A program made the position numbers and the translations under genes. Shown here piece after piece: positions 1-6,155 of a DNA stretch of 9,902 nucleotides. Where the stretch lies: assembly GCA_028693335.1 (NCBI GenBank), contig JAQUVR010000020.1:1-9902 (forward strand). Reading direction: 5' to 3'. The stretch is from Candidatus Iainarchaeum sp. (GTDB taxonomy: Archaea > Iainarchaeota > Iainarchaeia > Iainarchaeales > CSSED10-239). Every line of letters starts with the position of its first letter. Position 1 is the first letter of the stretch. Under the pieces are notes generated by a model that was not told the origin of the DNA, did not search any database, and saw nothing but the letters and a program-made list of their open reading frames with translations.

Positions 1-3
1 ATT

Positions 4-201
4 ATGTTAAATAGGTTAGAGTTTATGAGAAAAATAAAAACAAAATTAAAAAAAGCATATAAATCTAATAAAGAAGGAACAATAGCAATTATTGCAGCAA
101 TATTTGTATTGTTTAGTGCAATGATAAATCCAATATTTTCTGTTGGCATCTCATTTGCTGCTCTTATTGGATATTCTGTATATTTCTTTTCAAAAAAATA
201 A
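4..201 (+). CDS. Small hypothetical membrane protein (Lys-rich N-terminus followed by two hydrophobic helices)
   Basis: The ORF is 65 aa. The segments IAIIAAIFVLFSAMI and VGISFAALIGYSVYFF look like two TM helices. The frame is still open at nt 1-3, so the gene may extend beyond the window edge. An alternative internal Met is at nt 25. Confidence 0.45.
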   Translation: MLNRLEFMRKIKTKLKKAYKSNKEGTIAIIAAIFVLFSAMINPIFSVGISFAALIGYSVYFFSKK

Positions 202-211
202 TTTTTATCAG

Positions 212-237
212 AAAATATGTGTTTTTAAACATATTTT
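212..237 (+). terminator. AT-rich hairpin downstream of the small ORF (possible terminator or regulatory palindrome)
   Basis: AAAATATGT (212-220) pairs perfectly with ACATATTTT (229-237). The loop contains a T5 run. The hairpin sits 11 nt after the stop codon at 199-201. Confidence 0.25.
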
Positions 238-282
238 AAGAATAATATATTTATAGTTACACAAATTTTTAAAAAAAAAAAG

Positions 283-290
283 AGGATGAA
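283..290 (+). promoter_or_regulatory. Shine-Dalgarno-like ribosome binding site for the 294 CDS
   Basis: GAGGATGA lies 3-10 nt upstream of the ATG at 294. It is preceded by a T5A11 tract (266-281) and a TATA-like ATATATTTATAG at 246-257. Confidence 0.5.
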
Positions 291-293
291 AAT

Positions 294-1154
294 ATGTTTG
301 GATCATTTACTAGATCTTGGCAAATAACTAAATTAACATTTAAAATCATGAATAAAGATAAAAGATTATTCTTATTTCCAATATTTTCTGCAATTTTTTC
401 CACATTATTTGTAATTTCTATGATACTACCATCAATTATTTTACCAGGAATTACAACAAATTCAGTGGGTTCTGCAGGAATAAGTTTATTATTAATTTTT
501 GGACTATATTTTGGTTTAGCATTTATTGCAACATTCTTTAATGTTGGTGTTGTATATATAATAAAAAATATATTAGAAGAAAAAAAACCAACGTTTAAAG
601 AATCAATAAAATTTGCATTTTCAAAAATAGGATTAATTATTGGTTGGAGTTTAATTTCTGCAACTGTTGGATTAATCTTAAGAATTTTGGATGAAATTGC
701 TGAAAGAGTTGGTGGAATTGGGGAGATATTTATTAAGATATTAACATCAATGATTGGTGGACTTTGGAGTTTTATTACTATCTTTGTTGTTCCAGTAATG
801 GTTTATGAAAATACAGGGCCATTTAAGGCAATATCTAAATCAGCAACAACATTTAAAAAAACTTGGGGAGAATCAGTAATTAAAACCGCTGGACTTGGAA
901 TCGTTGAGATATTGTTTATTATCTTAGGTGTTGTTGCAACAATATTTGGTCTGATCTTGTTTGTACCACTTGGTGGAATTGTTACAATGATATTTATTGT
1001 TCTTATGGCAATATATTTTGTTTTTATTTTGTGTTTTTTTAGTGTTGCAAACAATATTTATAATACAGCACTATATGTTTATGCACAGACAGGAAACATC
1101 CCATTAGGCTATGATGATAGTATAGCCCATTCTTTTGAAAAGAAGAAAGAATAA
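294..1154 (+). CDS. Polytopic integral membrane protein, DUF6159-like
   Basis: The ORF is 286 aa with an SD-like site upstream. It has about six long hydrophobic segments. From memory, the N-terminus MFGSFTRSWQITKLTFKIMNKDKRLFLFPIFSAI matches the conserved start of DUF6159-type membrane proteins (xFxRSWxLxKxSFxVLxxDKELLLFPxxS). Confidence 0.85.
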   Translation: MFGSFTRSWQITKLTFKIMNKDKRLFLFPIFSAIFSTLFVISMILPSIILPGITTNSVGSAGISLLLIFGLYFGLAFIATFFNVGVVYIIKNILEEKKPTFKESIKFAFSKIGLIIGWSLISATVGLILRILDEIAERVGGIGEIFIKILTSMIGGLWSFITIFVVPVMVYENTGPFKAISKSATTFKKTWGESVIKTAGLGIVEILFIILGVVATIFGLILFVPLGGIVTMIFIVLMAIYFVFILCFFSVANNIYNTALYVYAQTGNIPLGYDDSIAHSFEKKKE

Positions 1155-1179
1155 AAACCTTTTCTTCTTTTTTTCTTTT
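1138..1179 (+). terminator. Hairpin spanning the stop codon of the membrane-protein gene, followed by a T-rich tract
   Basis: AAAAGAAGAAA (1138-1148) pairs perfectly with TTTCTTCTTTT (1161-1171), giving 11 bp with 2 G-C pairs. The loop at 1149-1160 contains the TAA stop at 1152-1154. The hairpin is followed by TTTCTTTT. Confidence 0.35.
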
Positions 1180-1186
1180 GATTACT

Positions 1187-1600
1187 ATGAATGCTTTAGA
1201 TATTTCTGATTTTGAAATAAAAGAGATGAACGATTATACTTTAATAACTCATAAAAATAGTAAAGGAAACACAACATCTTTTGTAGGGTTAGAATTTTTT
1301 GGTAAAAAAACTATTGTTGCTATATCTGTTGATGCAAAAAGATCTCTTATGCACAATAGTTTGTTTTTTTTAATAATTAATCATCAAAAAATACCTACTG
1401 AACTATTAGAGATGGCAAATTTAATTACTGGGGATTATTATCACAAAGATAAAAAAATAGAAATTAGAAGCACCCAAGGAAATAATAAAAAATTTTTTAA
1501 TGAAGTTGTATCCATATTTAAAAAAACAAAACCTGTTTTAAAATCGAGAAATTTATTTCCAAGAATAAAACCTCAAAAAATAAAAAAGAGACTCTTATGA
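1187..1600 (+). CDS. Hypothetical protein (orphan, about 137 aa), translationally coupled to the next gene
   Basis: This is an open reading frame. The track starts it at TTG 1178, and the first ATG is at 1187. Its TGA stop overlaps the next ATG as ATGA at 1597-1600. I recognise no domain. The C-terminus is Lys/Arg-rich. Confidence 0.7.
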   Translation: MNALDISDFEIKEMNDYTLITHKNSKGNTTSFVGLEFFGKKTIVAISVDAKRSLMHNSLFFLIINHQKIPTELLEMANLITGDYYHKDKKIEIRSTQGNNKKFFNEVVSIFKKTKPVLKSRNLFPRIKPQKIKKRLL

Positions 1601-2496
1601 AACCACCAATGAAAAAAGCAAAGATAGATTATCATCAATTTATAAGAGAATTGTCTAATCATAATCAAGGGAAAAAACCAGAACTACCAAAAGAATTAGA
1701 AAACAAATTAAGAAAATTAACTCAAGAAGAATTTCATGATCTAAGACATAATGGCTCATTTGCAAGAATATTTGAAAAATTAAAAGATAGTTTTGCAATT
1801 CAAAGAATTGAAGATCATATTAAATCTAGACAAAATAACAAGGCAGTGCGTAATTTTCATATAATAAAAAATAAATCAAAAAACAAAGGCGAGCGAACAT
1901 TTTTAGTTTATAAAGATGGAGTTCTTTATAGAAATGTTTCTCCAGGTACTTTTTTTATTTGGAAGAGATTACTTGACAAAAAAATTTCTGTTGAACCAAT
2001 TGTTGGTGGTGCTAGTAAAGCAGAAATAAAAGCTCTTGAAAAAATAGGTTGTTTTTTAGAAGAAGGAGATTTATTAATAAAATCTGAACCTGTTGGGGTT
2101 TCTTTTGCCTTACATCCAGATCACCCAAATACAAGGGTTAACACTTTAGAAACACTATTGAAAAGCAATTTAGTTAATAAATTAACTACAGATCAGAAAA
2201 TGAGTTTAACAAGACAAATAATAAAAACAATAACTAGTGTTTGGCAAGAAGGGTATGTTCATAAACACCCACATCTTGGTAATTGGGCTGTTGAATTTGT
2301 AAAGGGAGAACCAAAAGTTACATTGATTGATATGGATGGATTGAGTAAGATTAATTGGGGTCATCTAGCAACATCTCCTATTTTAGATCATGGTCAAGTA
2401 AAAGAAATAATCAAAGAACTAAGATTACCAAGAGAATATTCAAAAATTGCATATTCTTTATTAGATAAAAAATTAAGCCAAGTAAGTAAAAAATAA
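1597..2496 (+). CDS. Protein-kinase-like-fold protein, paralog 1, with a degenerate catalytic loop (HKHPHLGNW, IDMDG)
   Basis: The ORF is 299 aa. GYVHKHPHLGNW (loop at nt 2260-2286) aligns with the HxDxHxGN / HADPHPGN catalytic loop of APH, Kdo-kinase and UbiB-ABC1 type kinases, but has His where the catalytic Asp should be. VTLIDMDG (2326-2340) sits about 20 aa downstream, where the DFG-equivalent is expected. By eye, roughly half the residues are identical to the next ORF. Confidence 0.85.
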   Translation: MKPPMKKAKIDYHQFIRELSNHNQGKKPELPKELENKLRKLTQEEFHDLRHNGSFARIFEKLKDSFAIQRIEDHIKSRQNNKAVRNFHIIKNKSKNKGERTFLVYKDGVLYRNVSPGTFFIWKRLLDKKISVEPIVGGASKAEIKALEKIGCFLEEGDLLIKSEPVGVSFALHPDHPNTRVNTLETLLKSNLVNKLTTDQKMSLTRQIIKTITSVWQEGYVHKHPHLGNWAVEFVKGEPKVTLIDMDGLSKINWGHLATSPILDHGQVKEIIKELRLPREYSKIAYSLLDKKLSQVSKK

Positions 2497-2512
2497 AATA
2501 AGAGAATTACTA

Positions 2513-3436
2513 ATGTTAAAATTATTTAAAAAAAAACCAAAAGTAATGAAATATGAATCCTTTTTAACAGAACTTAGTAAATATAATCAGGGGAAAAAAC
2601 CAGAGCTACCTAAAGAACTTAAAAAAAAGTTAGAACAATTAAGTCAAGAAGATTATAATAGACTAAAAACAAATAAAAACTTTTCAAGAATATTTAATCA
2701 ATTAAAAGACACTTTTGCAACTCAAAAAATTGAAGATTCTATTAAATCTAAGGAACACAGAACAAGAATAAGAAACTATCATGTAATAAAAACTCAATCT
2801 CTGCGCGAAAATTTTTTAAATCCTGATCCAACATTTTTAGTTTATAGGGCGGGAGTGTTATATAGGAATTTGTCAAATAAAAAATATCAATTATGGAAAG
2901 AATTATTAGATAATGGCATATCTGTTGAAAAAATAATTGGTGTAGCAACAGAAAGAGAAATAACAGAATTAGAAATGGCTGGTTGTAAGTTAGGTCCTGG
3001 AGAAATAATGGTTAAATCTAAGGCTGCTGGAATGACTTTAGATCTACATCGTCAACATCCAAATCCAAAAATAAATACTATTAGCACATTAATAAAAAGT
3101 GAACTACGAAAAGATCTTAGTATTGATCAAAAAATGAGCATAGTGCGTCAAGTAATAACAACAACAAGTCAAATTTGGGATTTAGGTTATATGCATTATC
3201 ATCCACATTTAGGAAATTGGGCCATTGAATTTAAAAATGGGCATCCAAAAGTTACATTAATAGATTTTGATATGATTACAAAGATATATTCAAAAAAATT
3301 TAATCAAAATCCATATAATTATGATTATCAATCTTTAAATGAAATAATTAGATCTTTTAATCTCCCAGAAGATTACAGAAATAAGGCAATTAATTTATTA
3401 AATAGAAAAATAAAAAAAGCAGTAATACGAAAATAA
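2513..3436 (+). CDS. Protein-kinase-like-fold protein, paralog 2, with a degenerate catalytic loop (HYHPHLGNW, IDFDM)
   Basis: The ORF is 307 aa and is collinear with the previous protein along its whole length. Shared blocks include NQGKKPELPKEL, FLVY+xGVLYRN, DQKMS and HPHLGNWAxEF. The loop is at nt 3194-3220 and IDFDM is at 3260-3274. An alternative start at ATG 2546 (M12) would align better with paralog 1. Confidence 0.85.
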   Translation: MLKLFKKKPKVMKYESFLTELSKYNQGKKPELPKELKKKLEQLSQEDYNRLKTNKNFSRIFNQLKDTFATQKIEDSIKSKEHRTRIRNYHVIKTQSLRENFLNPDPTFLVYRAGVLYRNLSNKKYQLWKELLDNGISVEKIIGVATEREITELEMAGCKLGPGEIMVKSKAAGMTLDLHRQHPNPKINTISTLIKSELRKDLSIDQKMSIVRQVITTTSQIWDLGYMHYHPHLGNWAIEFKNGHPKVTLIDFDMITKIYSKKFNQNPYNYDYQSLNEIIRSFNLPEDYRNKAINLLNRKIKKAVIRK

Positions 3437-3443
3437 TATTTTT

Positions 3444-3450
3444 GAGGTGA
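3444..3450 (+). promoter_or_regulatory. Strong Shine-Dalgarno site (GAGGTGA) for the kinase-deaminase fusion gene
   Basis: GAGGTGA is complementary to the conserved 16S 3' tail (anti-SD CCUCC core) and lies 5 nt upstream of the ATG at 3456. The GTG at 3447 used by the ORF track lies inside this motif, so it is unlikely to be the real start. Confidence 0.7.
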
Positions 3451-3455
3451 AAAAT

Positions 3456-4544
3456 ATGATAGTTGGAATAACAGGGTTTTTAGCATCAGGAAAAGGAGTA
3501 GTATCAGAATATCTTAAAGAAAAAGGTTTTATAATTTATTCTTGTTCAGATGAAATAAGAGAAGAATGTAGAAAAGAAAATATAGAAATAACCAGAGATA
3601 ATTTGCAAAAAACAGGAAATCTTTTAAGAGAAAAATTTGGGCCTAATATTTTAGCAAAAAGATTATCTGATAGAATAAAATTAAAAGGTTTGGAAAATAA
3701 TTATGTTATTGAATCAATAAGAACTGAAGGAGAAATTAATGAATTAAAAAAATTATCAAAATTCAATTTAATTTTTATAGATGCTGATGAAAAAACAAGA
3801 TATCAAAGAGCGAAAGAAAGACTAAAAGAAAAAGAACATATTGATAGTTTTGAAAATTTTTTAGCTTCAGAAAAAAAGGAAATGAATAATGCTGATCCAA
3901 ATGCTCAAAATCTTTTAAAATGTAAAGAATTATCTGAATTTATATTAGATAATAATGGATCAATTGAAGATCTAAAACACCAAATAGAAGATCTTTTATT
4001 AAATATTCAAATAAAACAAAGAACAAAACCAGATTGGGATGAATATTTTTTAAAAATTGCAGAAGTTATATCATTAAGAGAAAGTTGTATTTCTGCAAGA
4101 ATTGGTGCAGTTATAACAAAAGACAATGTAATTAAATCAACAGGATATGCTGGTGCACCAAGGGGAACAAAAGACTGCTTTGAAAAAGGATATTGTCTTA
4201 GACGAAAATTAAATGTACCATCTGGTCAACAATATGAACTTTGTGCAAGTGTCCATGCAGAGCAAAATGCAATAATTAACGCTGCAAGAGATGGTGTCTC
4301 GATATTGGGTGGGACACTTTATATTGTTGGTAAAAAAACTTATCAAGGATTAGAAAAGCCAATAGATGCATTTCCTTGTTTTATTTGTAAAAAAATGATT
4401 ATTAATGCAGGCATAAAAAGAGTAGTTTGCTCAACTGCTGATGCAAAATATAAAGTGTTTTTGGTAGAAGATTGGGTAAGAGAATGGCAAAAAGAAGACA
4501 TTATAAATGACAAGGATAAATATGGTACAAATTATTCAAAATAA
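3456..4544 (+). CDS. Fusion protein: N-terminal P-loop nucleotide kinase-like domain (dephospho-CoA-kinase/UPF0200-like) plus C-terminal dCMP/cytidine deaminase domain (ComEB-type)
   Basis: The Walker A motif GITGFLASGKG is at nt 3465-3497 and the N-terminal half looks like a kinase. The C-terminal half, from about nt 4026, carries WDEYFLKIAEVISLRESC, the zinc motif HAE (4254-4262, CASVHAEQNAI) and PCxxC (4374-4388, PCFICKKMIINAGIKRVV). Together these are the canonical dCMP deaminase signature. Confidence 0.9.
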   Translation: MIVGITGFLASGKGVVSEYLKEKGFIIYSCSDEIREECRKENIEITRDNLQKTGNLLREKFGPNILAKRLSDRIKLKGLENNYVIESIRTEGEINELKKLSKFNLIFIDADEKTRYQRAKERLKEKEHIDSFENFLASEKKEMNNADPNAQNLLKCKELSEFILDNNGSIEDLKHQIEDLLLNIQIKQRTKPDWDEYFLKIAEVISLRESCISARIGAVITKDNVIKSTGYAGAPRGTKDCFEKGYCLRRKLNVPSGQQYELCASVHAEQNAIINAARDGVSILGGTLYIVGKKTYQGLEKPIDAFPCFICKKMIINAGIKRVVCSTADAKYKVFLVEDWVREWQKEDIINDKDKYGTNYSK

Positions 4545-5321
4545 TTATTTAGAGAATATAATTTTATCATAATTTCTATTAACAATATTTTCCATTTCTT
4601 TTAATGTTGTTAAATATTCTCTATACATGTTTTCTAAATGTTTAAATTTGATTTTAATATCTGGATTTAGAACATAAGAAACATTTATGCCCATTTTTTT
4701 ATATTTAAACATCTGTGCAATTTTAATTAACATGTTTTGAATACTTATTTTTGTTTTTTTCTTAGAAATCACTCTGTATTTCTGGTTAACAATTTTATTT
4801 ATTACTTGATTTGCAAGTTTGAAAAAAAGTAATTTCGTTTTATTTACATTAATTTGAGAAATATATTTTTTTGTATTCTTTTTATCATATTCTTTAATAA
4901 TATTTTTTAGTAATTTTTTTGGGAAATAGGGAATAATAATTTTGGCTTTTTCAAATTCTGCATCTAAATAACATTCACAGATTGAATGTTCTATTGAATA
5001 ATAGATGTTTTTTTTGTGAAAATAATTGTGAATATTTCTATCTAATAAAAAATGAGAAATAAATCCAATTGCAAAACAAATTTCTTTTTTTGTTTTTGCA
5101 TTAATTAAAAGTTTTTCTCCAAAATCTAGTCCATTATTGTCTTGATGAAGAAAATGACTTAAATTAGGATATTTATTATAATCTTTAATTTGAGTAAAAT
5201 AAAACAAATCCGGATAAATTGATCCACTCATTAAATAATTAAGATCTTTTTTTGTAAATAATTTGGGGTGTTTGTCTTTAATTTCTTTAATAAGTGCCAT
5301 GTGTGTTAATATGCTTGCCAT
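4545..5321 (-). CDS. Zinc-dependent phospholipase C / P1-nuclease superfamily protein, paralog A
   Basis: The ORF is 258 aa. The metal-ligand pattern is in the order typical of the family: N-terminal ILTH, YPD, SHFLH, SHFLLDRNIH (HxxxDxxxH) and EHSICE (HxxxE). There is no signal peptide. A Lys-rich C-terminal half of about 130 aa has no recognisable domain. Confidence 0.8.
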   Translation of the reverse strand: MASILTHMALIKEIKDKHPKLFTKKDLNYLMSGSIYPDLFYFTQIKDYNKYPNLSHFLHQDNNGLDFGEKLLINAKTKKEICFAIGFISHFLLDRNIHNYFHKKNIYYSIEHSICECYLDAEFEKAKIIIPYFPKKLLKNIIKEYDKKNTKKYISQINVNKTKLLFFKLANQVINKIVNQKYRVISKKKTKISIQNMLIKIAQMFKYKKMGINVSYVLNPDIKIKFKHLENMYREYLTTLKEMENIVNRNYDKIIFSK

Positions 5322-5324
5322 CTG

Positions 5325-6086
5325 TTATCTTTTTTTAATATTTACTGCATTATCAAAATTTAATGCGAAAAATTTCTTTTTTGCAATATTATATTCATTA
5401 GTTAGATCATATAAATATTTTTTTTTAATCTCTGCTTTTGGATAAATTATTTCATTAATGTCAGATTTCATTTTAATTGCGTGTTTTTTACCAAAATGAT
5501 ACATTAAAACATCTAAAAAATAAACTTTTTTTGAATTGTCTGTGTTTCTGTATTTTTTTGTTACTAGGTGTTTTTGAATTATATTATTTACTATAGAAAA
5601 ATAATATCTTCTTTGTAAAACACTTGTAAAATAATTTTTAGAAATTTCCGGATATTCGTGTTTTAGTACTCTGTTAATTAATGCTTTACAATATTTTGGC
5701 ACAGGAATGTTTTTATTTTTAAATTGTGCATCTAAGAAAAATTCACACACTGTGTGATAAACAGATTTTTTGATTTTTTTTTTTGTAAGATAACCGTGGA
5801 TTTGATTATCTAAAATAAAATGTGACATAAAACCAATAGCAAAAGATCTTTCTTTTTTATTTTTACTATACTCTAACATTTTTTTGCCAAACATAAATCC
5901 ATTTTTGCCAGTGTGCCAAAATCTGCTTAGATTGTCATCAGGTGTGTGATGATAACATAAAAATAAGTTAACATCTGGAAAAACAGCTCCAGAATATAGA
6001 TAAGCTTTATCTAAATGTTCAAATTTTTTTTTTTGTTCAACTAAACTTTCAGAAATTAATGAAAGGTGGGTAATTATTCCGGCCAT
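5325..6086 (-). CDS. Zinc-dependent phospholipase C / P1-nuclease superfamily protein, paralog B
   Basis: The ORF is 253 aa and is collinear with paralog A: IITH, FPD, RFWH, SHFILDNQIH, YHTVCE. Its stop is only 3 nt from the paralog A start codon. It contains two T11 (Lys-codon) homopolymers at 5774-5784 and 6024-6034. Confidence 0.8.
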   Translation of the reverse strand: MAGIITHLSLISESLVEQKKKFEHLDKAYLYSGAVFPDVNLFLCYHHTPDDNLSRFWHTGKNGFMFGKKMLEYSKNKKERSFAIGFMSHFILDNQIHGYLTKKKIKKSVYHTVCEFFLDAQFKNKNIPVPKYCKALINRVLKHEYPEISKNYFTSVLQRRYYFSIVNNIIQKHLVTKKYRNTDNSKKVYFLDVLMYHFGKKHAIKMKSDINEIIYPKAEIKKKYLYDLTNEYNIAKKKFFALNFDNAVNIKKR

Positions 6087-6108
6087 GGTGTATCATTTTT
6101 TAATAAAA

Positions 6109-6116
6109 TATTTAAA
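6109..6116 (-). promoter_or_regulatory. Candidate archaeal TATA box for a leaderless PLC-like gene pair
   Basis: The minus strand reads TTTAAATA, centred about 27 nt upstream of the ATG at 6086, and there is no SD-like sequence in between. Specificity is low because the DNA is so AT-rich. Confidence 0.25.
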
Positions 6117-6155
6117 TAAGAGTTAACATAACATTTTAAAATTATTAAAGTTTAT

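Noticed and set aside
803-1054. 83-aa minus-strand ORF inside the membrane-protein gene
   Set aside because: It lies entirely antisense to a much longer, well-supported CDS. Its composition is typical of spurious antisense ORFs in AT-rich DNA, and it has no start context or recognisable motif.
1111-1209. Possible box C/D sRNA: AUGAUGA at 1111-1117 within a small hairpin GGCTAT...ATAGCC, and CUGA at 1206-1209
   Set aside because: The boxes are about 95 nt apart, whereas archaeal C/D sRNAs are about 50-60 nt. I found no C'/D' boxes or terminal stem. The box C-like string lies in the coding sequence (GYDDS).
2748-2948. 66-aa minus-strand ORF inside kinase-like paralog 2
   Set aside because: It is antisense to a CDS whose reading frame is validated by paralog conservation, so it is probably spurious.
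3447-3455. GTG start codon at 3447 (ORF-track start) for the fusion gene
   Set aside because: The GTG is part of the GAGGTGA Shine-Dalgarno motif. The ATG at 3456 has ideal spacing from that motif and gives the typical M-I-V-G-I-T-G kinase N-terminus.
5263-5445. 60-aa plus-strand ORF spanning the junction of the two PLC-like genes
   Set aside because: It overlaps two conserved minus-strand CDSs and gives a low-complexity hydrophobic translation typical of the antisense of Lys-rich genes.
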